DNA of 63,433 nt, the filler included, from Folioceros fuciformis (lineage: Eukaryota), in NCBI GenBank assembly GCA_049999805.1. It is 6 parts of 6 records of this genome, joined end to end, with 100 filler letters (N's around TTAATTAATTAA, not from the genome) between each part and the next. Parts side by side here need not be neighbours in the genome. Positions count along the whole stretch, not along the records: positions 1 to 13,600 come from JBNGIO010004147.1; 5 more parts are not named here. The stretch is one strand, 5' to 3'. The translations under genes and the position numbers were made by a program. The notes under the pieces are model-generated. The model was not told the DNA's origin, did not search any database, and was given only the letters and a program-made list of their open reading frames with translations. Shown here piece after piece: positions 1 to 10,927 of the stretch (within the stretch, counting starts at the first letter, position 1; every line of letters starts with the position of its first letter).

Positions 1-1560
1 AGTGAAGGGCCCGACTGGAAAGGATTGCTGAAGTGGAGCGTCGCACACACCGATGGCACGAGGCCCGCTCGGGAGCTCAGGTAAGCCAGCTCTGGCTCTG
101 GCTCTTTCGTCTTAGGCATGACTGACCCCTGCAGTTGGGTGGGTTCAGTGAGGAGGACAGACGATGGTTTATGGAGGCGGTGCAGTCCCAGGCAATTGAT
201 GTGATCAAGCGGATGAAGGAAATATCGACGGTCATGCATGTTCCCCCCCAAGTGCTGGAAGACCAAGGTGTGACTGTGGAGGAGCTGGAAGGTGCGGTGG
301 CCGAGTCTTGTGCCTGGGCTGTTTGAGCTGCTGTAAAGATGCTGATTTCTGTCTGTGAGTGGGTGCAGGGATGCTGGAAGAGCTGCAGGAGCACGTGGAG
401 TCCATTGACATGGCTAATGGTTTGTATGGCTTGTCGGGGTCTGTGTTGATTGTTTTTCTTTTTTTTTTTCTATGTTGGGTGAAGTGGTTGAGGTTTGTTG
501 TGCTGACGAGGGAGTGGTTTTGTGTTTGTTTGTGAAGATTTGCATGCCATAGGCGGGCTGGTGCCTCTTCTGGAGTTCCAGAGAAGTGTACATCCGTCTC
601 TGCGTGCACGGAGTGCGGAAGTTATCAGCACGATCGTGCAGAATAATCCCAAGAGCCAGCAGCAGGTGTTGGAGAATCATGGGCTGGAGTACCTGCTCGC
701 GAACGTCACTCCAGACTCGGATCTGGTGGTCAGAACGAAGGCCTTGGGTGCTATCTCCTGTGAGTTGCAAGTGGCTTTGAAACCCATGAGTTTGCTGTGT
801 GCTTTTTTTCAGTACTTTGGCATCGCTGATGGAGTAATTGATGTGTAGCATGTTGGAATTGATGCAGCTCTCATTCGACACAACAAGGGAGCCACCGCTG
901 CTTTCCGTCTCTCTAACGGCTTTTCTAGGTTGAAGGATGCGCTAGTGGTAGACGACCAGAGGTTGCAGAGGTAGGAAGCTTCTGCAGGTTTGGCCACTCG
1001 CATTCATGTTGCTGACCCGGTTGCGGTCTCGTGTCTTGTGTCGGTTGCTCATTTCCCATTCTTCACTGTGCAGGAAGGCGTTGCAGGTGTTGCTCTACCT
1101 CTTGCAAGATAACCCTGACGACTGCTCCGTCGCCGTCGAAGATCGCTTTCCTAGGATACTGGTTAGGCTTGGGGAGAACGCAGATGCTGATGTCAGGCAA
1201 GCTGCACTCCATGTTTTGTTGGAGGTCCTTCGACGTGAATCTGCTGCCTCCAGGCTTCCTGGAAACGACAAAGAGCAACTCAAGAACCTGGTGGCGCGGA
1301 GCATAGAGCGGCTGAGGCATCTTTGTTCCAGCGATTTGGTGAGCGTGAGGGAGGAAAGGCATCTGCTGGATGCATTGTGGAATATCTTCTTTCACGATCC
1401 ATCTCCCTTGAGAGAGGAGGGCTTGTTGGTTCTTCCCGAAGATGAAGCCCTGCCCCCGGACGTTGCTAGCAGAAGGTTTGAGCCTCCTCTAAGAGCTGTT
1501 GCAGCCTCAGCCGAGTCTGCCCCGAAAGCCCCCTTGCTTCTGGGAGCGCCAGGGCAGTGA
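1..1560 (+). CDS. FES1: Hsp70 nucleotide-exchange factor Fes1/HSPBP1 (multi-exon; start codon just outside the window)
   Basis: Spliced reading gives GPDWKGLLKWSVAHTDGTRPARELS|EEDRRWFMEAVQSQ..ELQEHVESIDMAN|DLHAIGGLVPLL..IVQNNPKSQ..KALGAIS..SLREEGLLVLPEDEALPPDVASRRFEPPLRA, colinear with plant Fes1A. GT-AG introns, e.g. 81-148. Stop at 1558-1560. Confidence 0.93.
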
Positions 1561-2021
1561 CCCTGAACTATTCGAGGTTGTGTGCAGTTGTGAAGTACAA
1601 ACAATTATCGGAATCATTTTTTCAAAAAACTCTCCTGTCATGAGCAGCATGTATTGTATTAGAGATAGCAGCAACAGTAGGTGATACTAAGTGCTAACAA
1701 AACTTTGGATCCCACACAATTCTGCAATGTTGGAGACATGCAATGCATCCACACCAACTGCTATCCAGGATTTCTTATCCGGCAGTGGAAAAGCAAAACC
1801 AACAAGGTACCCACTTTGAGCAGTCAATTGTACCGATAACTGACACCAGCAAATCGAGTGAAGTTTTCCCCCGACCCGCGCACGACCACAGCGTTCAAAT
1901 TATGCTCCTCCAATTCTCGGGCCAACTCCAAATTGCCGTTGGAACTCCTGAATTGCAATGGCCGCGTCCTCACCCCCTGCACCTGTACTGTCTGTACCCT
2001 GGGCCTCTATCATTGCTGGCT

Positions 2022-4346
2022 CTACTCTTGGGTTGGCGTCTGTGGACGACCTTTCCTCATCGCATAAACCTCCACCAGCTCAGAGAAGTTGATGCGCAGT
2101 GAGCCATCTGGGGCGTAAGGCGGGGGGAACTGAAAGACCTCAGAGGCATCGGCGTCCTCATCATCGAGATTTCTCGGGAGCAAGGTGTCCGTGAATGTAT
2201 CAGTGAGAGGATAATCATCCACCTGCTCCAAAAGGATAGTACCCAGAGCCTTATCAAGATAGGCAACCTTGCCCACCCTTATAGGAGAAATCACAGGAGT
2301 CCAGATCGACGACACCTCCAGAACACGATACGCCAACAGTTGTCCTTCCTCAATCTTGGCAAACACACAGGGAAGGGATGCCATCATCCAATGGGATTCA
2401 GGAGCAGGGTGACATCCCACCGGGGAATGGGGTTCCAGAGGGGTAACAATAGCGGCAGTGTCACCCTCGTCAAGGCTGATTCTTGAGCTTCCGCGAGAGG
2501 AGTTCCTCTTTTCATGCTTACGGCCCCCAGCCTTCTCCTGCCCCCACACCTGGCCTTGCTTCTTGCTCTTCAGGGCGCATCCAAGTTTCAATTCTGGGAA
2601 AGGACGCCGATCCCCGCAATCGTTGTCGTCTAGAGGCTCGAACCTTATGTGGCCAGGTCTAACCACGACAGGCAAACACTTGGGCGAATCAGGCTGGAAT
2701 TCTTTGTCCTTTGCGGCATGCTCTGCTCCTTCATCTTCACCATTTGTCAATGATATTCCTTCATCAGATGGCTGGTTGACAACATCACTCATGGACACAG
2801 CGGCAGCTGTCCCATTCCCATTCTCATTCACATCACCAACTGTTAGCTGAAGATCGGCCGCTTGCTTTCGTAACCAGAGCCTCTTGGCCTTCTTCCTGCG
2901 GGCACTTCTGCTCGGGATTGACACGGTTCCTGAGTCATCCAGCTTCCGTTTACCCTTTCCAATACCCTCGTTCCCGTTCTCGCCATTAGCATGGGCACGC
3001 TCCGTTTCCCGTTCATCCACCCCCTCTCCACCACGGGGCTTCCCTTCCCCTTCCTCGTCAGCGGCAACAGGAGACTCCGGCTTCTTCTTTCTCTTCTTCC
3101 TTGGCTCCCCCTGCACGCTTTCCGCTGCTGCCAGAACATCCTCCGACCGTCCACGCAATTCCTCAGCTGCAGAGTCAAGCTCAGGCTCCGTTTCCCGTTC
3201 ATTCACCCCATCAAACCCACGGAGCTTCCCTTCCTCTTCCTCGTCGGCGGCAACGGGAGACTCCTGCTTCTTCTTTCTCCTCTTCCTTGGCTTCTCCTGT
3301 ACCAGGTGATTCGCAATCTCCAGCTCCGGTTTTTTCTTCTCCCTCTCCTCCCTTGGCTCCTCCTGCACGCTTTCCGCTGCTGCCAGAACATCCACCGACC
3401 GTCCACGCAATTCCTCAGCTGCAGTTTCAAGCTCAGGCTCCGTTTCCCGTTCATCCACCCCTTCTCCACCACGGAACTTCTCTTCCCTTTCCTGGTCAGC
3501 GACAACGGGAGACTCCGGCTTCTTCTTTCTCTTCTTCCTTGGCTTCTCAATTTCAAGCTCACGCTTCTTCTTGCTCTTTTCCCTCCGCTTCTCCGGGTAG
3601 TGCTTCAACGCTGCCACATCAACATCGAACACTCCCGGCAAGATCTCCTTCACTCGAGGCCGCAAATACAACTCCAGACCCTCTTCCTCCTGGTCCTCTT
3701 CCTCCTGCTCGCGCTGCCTTCCCTCCTTGTTCACAGGGCTCGTATGAGTATCCGGGGAAATCCTGCCCGTCCTTCGTTTCCGAAGGCCAGCCCGAGACTT
3801 CTGCGCATCCACCGAGCCATCAGCGCTAGCATCCTCCCCAATCTGCGCAGTAGTGCGATCACCTTCCCCATCCTCCAAGACCCGAGCGAGAGCCAGAGGC
3901 GCACGTATTGCCTCTCCCTCCTCCACGATGTCATCTCTGCGAGCATGAGGAGGTTCATCCTGGACATGCAGGGCTTGGAGACCCTGATTCTCCTGATTCG
4001 TCCAGCCCGACAGCCAAGGAAAAGCTGGCCAACAAGAGGGAGCAACCGTCTGCACACGGCCCGCCCGCCGCACGTTCACGATGTCCGCATCCCGGAGAAC
4101 ATTCGCTGGCTCTCGGCTGGGCAGCACAAATCCATCCATGTCCAGGGAGATGCCCTCAGGACAGGTAGCATTTAGTCCAAGCCTGTCGGATATGTAAGCC
4201 GCAACATGCCCCACAGTGGAGCCATTTGCCGGCACCACGATCCACGAAAATTGCAACCCCTCTTTCAAATGCTCCGAGCTCAGCATCTGCTGGGGCTCAG
4301 CGAACACCAGCTTGATCCGCAGCCATTCTCTTCCGGCAACATCCAT
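2022..4346 (-). CDS. COIL: Coilin (Cajal body scaffold), single-exon ORF of 774 aa
   Basis: Coilin N-terminal domain (RIKLVF..CPEGISLDMDGFVLP..VLRDADIVNV), plant motifs SRSARRKKAKRxWLR, PVVVRPGHIRFEPL and KKQGQVWGQEK, and a Tudor-like C-domain (LAYRVLEVSSIWTPVISPIRVGKV). Confidence 0.9.
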   Translation of the reverse strand: MDVAGREWLRIKLVFAEPQQMLSSEHLKEGLQFSWIVVPANGSTVGHVAAYISDRLGLNATCPEGISLDMDGFVLPSREPANVLRDADIVNVRRAGRVQTVAPSCWPAFPWLSGWTNQENQGLQALHVQDEPPHARRDDIVEEGEAIRAPLALARVLEDGEGDRTTAQIGEDASADGSVDAQKSRAGLRKRRTGRISPDTHTSPVNKEGRQREQEEEDQEEEGLELYLRPRVKEILPGVFDVDVAALKHYPEKRREKSKKKRELEIEKPRKKRKKKPESPVVADQEREEKFRGGEGVDERETEPELETAAEELRGRSVDVLAAAESVQEEPREEREKKKPELEIANHLVQEKPRKRRKKKQESPVAADEEEEGKLRGFDGVNERETEPELDSAAEELRGRSEDVLAAAESVQGEPRKKRKKKPESPVAADEEGEGKPRGGEGVDERETERAHANGENGNEGIGKGKRKLDDSGTVSIPSRSARRKKAKRLWLRKQAADLQLTVGDVNENGNGTAAAVSMSDVVNQPSDEGISLTNGEDEGAEHAAKDKEFQPDSPKCLPVVVRPGHIRFEPLDDNDCGDRRPFPELKLGCALKSKKQGQVWGQEKAGGRKHEKRNSSRGSSRISLDEGDTAAIVTPLEPHSPVGCHPAPESHWMMASLPCVFAKIEEGQLLAYRVLEVSSIWTPVISPIRVGKVAYLDKALGTILLEQVDDYPLTDTFTDTLLPRNLDDEDADASEVFQFPPPYAPDGSLRINFSELVEVYAMRKGRPQTPTQE
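3003..3545 (-). repeat. Coding tandem repeat inside coilin (~3 imperfect units)
   Basis: PRKKRKKKPESPV.AD.E.E.K.RG..GV.ERETE occurs three times; near-identical DNA blocks are visible at ~3003-3100, ~3110-3290 and ~3360-3545. Confidence 0.85.
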
Positions 4347-4573
4347 CTCACCTTACCTCACCGGCTCGACAAGAGGAGACGACAGACTGGCTGTGCTTCG
4401 ACCCTCGGCCTTGAAGAAACCCCTAAAACCTCATTTCAAACCCTAAAGCCTAGATCTCCAGCCCATGGCGCTTGATCTTCCGACGTCATAAGGTTATGCA
4501 TGAAGATGAAGCGCAACCCGCTTCATTCAGAAAAGGAAGAATGAACATATCTTCGAGCAACTAAAGCATGAAT

Positions 4574-5812
4574 CTACTCTGCAAGGGAGATAGCTATGGC
4601 TACAACAATTCCTAGGCTCAGGGATGCCAGCTGCCGTAGAGTGGTCTTAGGAGACGAGCCTTGGTCGTGCATCCCAGGAATGACTCCAGCCAAAGAGATG
4701 TATATGAATCCCCCGGCCGTGAAGGCCTCCACGAAGGAGGAATGCCCAGGGTTGCCCCCCAGCACCAGCGCCAGGGCAGTTCCTGCCACGGCTGCCAGAG
4801 CAGAGAGGAAATTGAGAGCCAAGGCCTTGGACACGCTCAATCCTGACCTCACCAGGATGCCGAAATCTCCCACTTCTTGAGGAAGCTCGTGCGCGAGGAG
4901 GAAGAGGGTGCGGGACCAGCCTCCGACTCCGCCGTGTAACAAAAACGCGGATCCCAGGGCCATGCCGTCTGTGAAGTTGTGCACTCCGTCAGAGAAGAGG
5001 TTTAGGTAAGCCAACACCCAGCCTGGTGCATCCTTGGAGTCTCCCTTGCCCTGCTGAGCCGGGACCTTTTTTTCCTTCTTTCCCTTCTTCACCTGCTGCG
5101 CATTGTCGGAGTCATCTGCATTCGCATCTCNNNNNNNNNNNNNNNNNNNNNNNNNNNNNNNNNNNNNNNNNNNNNNNNNNNNNNNNNNNNNNNNNNNNNN
5201 NNNNNNNNNNNNNNNNNNNNNNNNNNNNNNGAGGCCGATGGAGAGGTCCTGGATGGCATGCCCGTGTCCACCGTGGTCGTGGTCTTGCCCGTGCCCGTGA
5301 TCGTGATCATGAGAGCGGCCTGAGCCGGAGAAGGCATGAGGCAGCTGATGCAACAGTGCGTCACCCAGCATGGCCCCTGCCCCGAATCCGGCAAGGGCAT
5401 CAACCACTGCGGCAGAGGGCTTCCCGTCCTTGAGAATGAAGGGCAGCAGGAGGAGGCAGATGAGGGACGCTGTGCTCACCAGGAGAGCGCAGCCCAATGC
5501 AGTGAGCCACACAGCTGCAGCCTGGGGCTGGGCTCGAGCCTTGGAGTGTCCCGCTTCACCAGCAAGGAAGCCATGGCCTGCTAGCTCTTCTTCCTCGGCC
5601 AGCTCTTCGGGAAGCTTGCTGAATTCCTCAGGAGAGTGCTGACGGACATGGTGAGCTCCGTGTCTTGCAGGACTCTGTTGCTCCGCTGCGTCGTGCTCAT
5701 GCGCATGGTGGTGATGCTCGTGGCTGCAATGCTGGTGATCTTCGTGAGAGGAAATCTCGGCATACGAGCACATGAACAAGAGCAGCAGCAAACATCGGCT
5801 CCAGTAGCCCAT
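4574..5812 (-). CDS. IAR1: ZIP/LIV-1 metal transporter, IAR1/ZIP7-like (spans a 100-N gap)
   Basis: Signal peptide, His-rich N-terminus, KLPEELAEEE, GAGAMLGDALLHQLPHAF, YLNLFSDGVHNFTDGMALGSAF and the HELPQEVGDFGILVRSG signature. Confidence 0.93.
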   Translation of the reverse strand: MGYWSRCLLLLLFMCSYAEISSHEDHQHCSHEHHHHAHEHDAAEQQSPARHGAHHVRQHSPEEFSKLPEELAEEEELAGHGFLAGEAGHSKARAQPQAAAVWLTALGCALLVSTASLICLLLLPFILKDGKPSAAVVDALAGFGAGAMLGDALLHQLPHAFSGSGRSHDHDHGHGQDHDHGGHGHAIQDLSIGLXXXXXXXXXXXXXXXXXXXXXXXXXXXXXXXXXXDANADDSDNAQQVKKGKKEKKVPAQQGKGDSKDAPGWVLAYLNLFSDGVHNFTDGMALGSAFLLHGGVGGWSRTLFLLAHELPQEVGDFGILVRSGLSVSKALALNFLSALAAVAGTALALVLGGNPGHSSFVEAFTAGGFIYISLAGVIPGMHDQGSSPKTTLRQLASLSLGIVVAIAISLAE

Positions 5813-6308
5813 TGTCGCCCAACAGCTTCTCTCGTAAAAGGCTCTTTAGTACTCGGGATGTAGAACTTCCGAGTCCACGGATCTTCGTCTACATTGTAAT
5901 GGACAGACTTTAGTAAACAGCCTCCAGCACTAGGGAATGGGTCCTGGTCAAGTAAACTATGAGTTTGAGTATGGCGAACAAAAGACATTCGTAGCTCTTT
6001 GAGCTACATTCACTCATGTTATGCTTTTCGGAAGTCAAGTGTGCCAAACTCTGCTCCAATACTTGGAACCTTGAGTGGGACAGGAGTAGATTCTACTTCT
6101 AAAACTAATATGGAGTTGACATAGCTATCATCTTGCTAGAAGAAACATGAGAGCAATGCAAAACACCTTGGGGCTCTCCACAGCTCTTGTGGTGTTAGGA
6201 GAGCATGGTTCAAGCAATTGCTGAAAAAAAGTGAAGGAATCCTACACAAGATATTCAATTTTGACATTCTTGGGCAATGTTAAGATCTGGGTTTTGATGG
6301 TAGAGTGG

Positions 6309-6448
6309 TATGGGCTTTGATGATAGAGTGGATGTGAATGAAGATTACAAAGAAAAGACAAGATTGCTTTTGTTTGCAGTATGGGCTTTGATGATAGAGT
6401 GGATGTGAAGGGAGACTACATAGGAAAGACAGAATGCTTTTGTTTGCG
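6309..6448. repeat. Two ~71-bp direct repeats
   Basis: tatgggctttgatgatagagtggatgtgaa...gcttttgtttgc starts at ~6309 and again at ~6380. Confidence 0.7.
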
Positions 6449-6990
6449 TGGTTCCTTTCGTAACCCAACTTCAGATCATGCAAACCCAATGTTAGCTCCC
6501 AAGGTGCTAATTGCAAAACCTTGGTGGGAAGAAAATCCATCTTGGAGACACTCAGAAATAGATGACGTGTATTGTTGCATAAGGACATTCGTCCCGAGTC
6601 ACCTCGTCGAATAGAATTCTTCCTGCTCTTCTAAATCGAATTCATCATAGATGTAGAAAGAAGCACGACTCCAGGGCGTTTCAATCTTTGCTGCGTACTA
6701 TTCTTTCCATTCGCCGTGTCCTTTATCAACTATGGTTCCAGACGCTTGGGCCATTCGCATTTACCTTGGACACACAGACTCTCTCTCTCTTCTTTCTCTC
6801 TCCTGAGAGAGGGAATAATCTTTCCCAAGGCTGGAGCTCAGTGAACCATTTGATCAGGCTGGTGTCCTCATCGTCAGTCACCACGCTGGTTATCCCACAG
6901 CAGGAGCGCGGAGGCGGGGAAGGCTAAGAAAGGAGGCAGCGGAGGCGCGCGTCATTCCTTGGGCTGACGATTGCAGCCTTTAGCGCAGGG

Positions 6991-7206
6991 ATGACGAGGG
7001 GGAAGCAGAAGATCGAGGCGCAGAAGCGGAATGCTGAGAAGAACCAGAAATCCAAGGGCTCGCAGCTGGAGGCCCGAGCCGCAGCTCTCAAGACCATCTG
7101 CGCCATCTGCAAGAGCCAACTGGCCAATTACAATCAACTTGTGGACCACTACGCGTCCAAGCATCCCAAGGAAACCTGTCCAGCGCCTGCAGCTGCTGCA
7201 TCCTGA
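6991..7206 (+). CDS. Small 4F5/SERF + C2H2 zinc-finger protein (ZNF706-like), 71 aa
   Basis: MTRGKQKIEAQKRNAEK N-terminus followed by CAIC-x12-HYASKH. Confidence 0.88.
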   Translation: MTRGKQKIEAQKRNAEKNQKSKGSQLEARAAALKTICAICKSQLANYNQLVDHYASKHPKETCPAPAAAAS

Positions 7207-8008
7207 CCACAGCGAGTTTCAGATTTTCTGCTTTGTATGGCGCAATCTGCTGGATGGTGTTTGCATGTACTCGGACGGCGTTGCCGTGTGAACCTAGCCG
7301 TAGCATGCATTGCGTTTTGTTCCATTCCGACTGAACTGAAGTTGTTGTACCGGGAAGCTGCTTTGCTCCCATGGCGCCGTGCTCTGCACGCGCACACCTG
7401 TCCCCTGTAACATGTTTGTCCCTTCTTAACATGCCTCGTTCTCTTGTGTATGTATGTGACCAAAGTCTGCTGGCTTCTTGCAGAGGTGAACAATATCTGC
7501 TGCCTACGCACTCAGATTTGTCGTAGCTCGCTTTCTTTCTCGACAATCCTCCTCCTTGTGTCAAATCTCTCAAAGGCACTTTTCAGCGTCTAGGTACCTC
7601 TCTTTGACGGAGTTTGCCGTGAGTGGGTTTTGCGGTAAGTGGAAATCGGCTAAGTGGGTGGCCCGCAGACAAAGGCAAGTAATGCCCGAGCTAGGGTTGC
7701 GGTTGCATTGCAACGCATGACGTAACTAGGGTTGAGTTGACCGGAGTTGGGGTAAGTAAAGAGGCGGTGAATGACTCCAGAACGTTCTGACAGGACAGGC
7801 AGGGTGGGTGCAAATCCTACTTCTCCTCCTCTCCCATTTCTTCTCCATTTCCCTCCTCGCTGCGTGCCGCGAATCTGTTTTTGTTTGCGGACCATACACC
7901 AGCAGCAGTAGCGCATATCCTTCTCCCTCCCCTTGTGTCTCTCTGGGCCTAGAATTCGCAATTGGATTGATTCCCAGGAGAGGGGCAGCGAGATATCTCT
8001 TATTGAGC

Positions 8009-9827
8009 ATGCAGAATCCTCCGGGCCGGGACGCCAGCGGGCGGCGGCAACAGCAGGGCCGACCCACAGGGCCGCGCGGCTTCCCAGACCCATTCGCGGG
8101 CTTTGGTGGCCGCAGCTTGTTGCACGATTTCTTTGGGAACGATCCCTTCAATGATCCTTTCTTCACTCAACCGTTGGGAGGCATGTTCGGCAACTCTAGA
8201 AGTCTCTTTGGTGCTGGATCATTACTTGATGCCCCGCGCTTGCCCTTCTCGTTTGGAGGAGGATTCCCGAGCCAGCAGGACGCCCGTGGCGGTTTTCTGG
8301 AGCAAAGGTCGTATAATCAGCAGCCGGTAAGCTGTCCTGTCCACCAGGCGCCTGCGCAAAATCTCATCGGGTAGAGTAGAATTGGGCTCACTCTTGTGGC
8401 TGCCTTCAGCTCAACTGGAGTGGACACCATTGCTGCCGCCATTGTGTTACCCTGCAGCACCATCAATATCGTAGGGTTTGCACAATTTGCTTTCCCCGAG
8501 GACTCCATTGGGTGGGGAAGCTGTAGAGTCAGTCTCGGTAGTTGATGAGTCTTTGTTTCCTTGTTTGGATTGTGGAACACGGCGTAGAAGATTGCGCTAT
8601 CCTTCTGCTTGCCGGGACTGAGGCGCTGATAATTGCTTGTGTGTCAAATGATGTAGGAAGCTCGCAGGGGTCCTTTGATAGAAGAAATAACTGGGGACCA
8701 CGACGAGATTCCACACGCGCGTTCGAACAATGAGCCTATTATTGAACACCCAGATGACGACGTCAGAGGAGGTTGTCATCTATAGATGCTGCCTTGCATT
8801 GGAATGATACAAGCGTTACACAACACTTTTCATATTTTGGCATGGTCATGCCTGATGGAGGTTGTGGCTGCTGCTCAGGGGACAGGCAAGTGAGTCACTC
8901 TCAGTCTCAATCCAGGAGCTTCACGCCACAGTTTGCAACTGGCTTTGGCGGTGACAGGGATGGGAATGCTCGTAGCTACACCTATCAAGCTGCTTCAGTA
9001 ACGTATGGTGGCACTGAGGGACCTTACCATTCATCATCTATGAGACGTAGGGCAGCATCTAACGGGGTACGTTTCTCAGCTTATTAAGAGGCCCCGTTTT
9101 GTCCTTGTGGCTGGAAAATGTCTACTGTGCTGTTGAGATAAAACTTGTGGTTACATGTGTGCCAGGTTGTAGAGGAAGAGTTGGAGGAGAAGGACTCAAC
9201 TGGCAGGGAAGAGTATCGCCACTCACGAGGGCTTCGAGATAAGGTACGAGCGATGAAATTGTGTGACATAAATTCAGTGTCCCCTTGGCCCTTGGAGATA
9301 AACAGCTTTGAGCTAACTACTGACGAAATGGTCAGGGTCGTACCGTCACTCGGAAGAGAAATGCCGATGGAAGGGAGGATCAGTTCCAGACTTTTCACAA
9401 CCTTGCGGAGGGTAAAGCTAATGTGTACCTTCTGTAACTGGATGTTTTAGGTTTGTTTAGTAGGGTGCTGTGTCTGACTCGGGTGCTTGTTGCAGCTGAG
9501 ATACAAGATTTTGATAAGGCATGGGAATCTCACGCCGACGAAGCCCTTCCTGGCTGGAGTGCACGAACTCGAACTGCTCCTCTACCGAATAGCCAGCCAG
9601 GTGAAAAAGTGGAAGTGCATCTTGCCACAAGTTTCATATCAACAGTTTAATCTCAGTCTAGTGTTTAGACGCCACCAGTGCGTCTTGCTACCAGGAAGAC
9701 TTTCAAACGCAGCCATAGCTTGCCCTTACCAAGCTTGTTTTGAGGTGCAGGGTCGAGCAGGGCAAGACCGGCTTTGCCTTCTAGTGGCGGTGGTTCATCG
9801 AAGTGGACGGGGGCGAAACGGGCGTAA
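8009..9827 (+). CDS. Myeloid leukemia factor (MLF)-family glycine-rich protein, multi-exon
   Basis: DPFAGFGG..FFGNDPFNDPFFTQPLGGMF, EPIIEHPDD, SYTYQAASVTYGGTEGPYHSSS, EEKDSTGREEYRHSRGLRDK|GRTVTRKRNADG..HNL, FDKAWE. The last exon (9751-9827) is a best guess. Confidence 0.8.
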
Positions 9828-10720
9828 GACGTCTTCTCTTTGCATGTCACTGTAGAAGTATCCGAGCTGCGTGTCAGGAACTAGGACATATCTTCTCATA
9901 GCATGAGCGGACTGTCGTCTGCTGCGGTAGATGGCCCTTGAGCGGCTCAGGACGCAGACATTGCCCTGGCGATCTATCTCGCCTGAGACTTTTAGCGCTG
10001 ATGGTCAAACGCATGAGTTTCTTTTGCTTATTTGCCTTCATTTCCTGCTGTCTTTTCTTTCTTTGATGGTGTGTCTAAGTCGCAGATTTATCTGCTTACT
10101 CATGTGTGTGAACTCCCGACAGCTCCTAGCCTTGTGGCTGTGAGTGAATTATAATCCAGTTTCTGGGGTCGTGAATGTTTCAGTCGTGTCGACCTTCAAA
10201 CTCTCCAGAATTCAGAAACCTGCTGAGGTTGCCGACTCGACTCCCTTGCACTGAGTTGGAGGATCACAGAGGACGAGATGTAAATAGGATAGAGTGGTCG
10301 TGGGGGAAGGTGAGGTACACAACTGGGAAGGGTAGTGTGGATTGCCCCCTGCTGGCAAATGATCACTCCATGTCAGTGCTTAACAGTGGGGGTCATTGTG
10401 CAGTAGGATGCACCCATTGCTGTCATGGGGTGATCCTGCTCAAGGGTCTCCAGAATAGCGGATATTATTTGTAGGCGTTAGGATCAGACGACGATGGGTG
10501 ATTCAAATTGTAGGAGGGGCGGTTACTGGGGGACTGCAGTGTGTACATGAGCCAGGCTTCACCTTTTTTGTCGGGTAGGTACATCTTGGCGACTTGTGCG
10601 ACGTGGAGGGCCAGCAAGTGAAAGCAGCCAGCAAGCTGGATGCAGTCTCGGCCCGTGGACGAGCAGGAGCTTGGGAAGGCAGTTGGGCTACTTGGTGCAT
10701 TCTACTCTTGGCCCGTTTCT

Positions 10721-10728
10721 TTATAAAG
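10721..10728 (+). promoter_or_regulatory. TATA box of the invertase gene
   Basis: TTATAAAG ~200 bp upstream of the ATG, followed by a pyrimidine-rich leader. Confidence 0.5.
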
Positions 10729-10927
10729 CTGTAGGGCCTCGTCCGCCACTCCTCTCGTCGCAATCATGGGCCACCACGCCTCTCTCTCATCTTAAAACCA
10801 CCGCGTCCGCGCCTCCGCCCACGCTTACGCCTCGTCTCGTATTTTCGTTGCCTCGCTCGCCTCCATCTTCCTTCCATGGCGGAGGCCTGAACCTTGCCCG
10901 CTCCACCTTCTTCCCGCCTATGCCATC

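Noticed and set aside
2991-4175. 394-aa Leu-rich + strand ORF (likewise 32868-33800 and 18560-19297)
   Set aside because: Antisense shadows of charged, purine-rich coding regions (coilin, U1-70K, trihelix).
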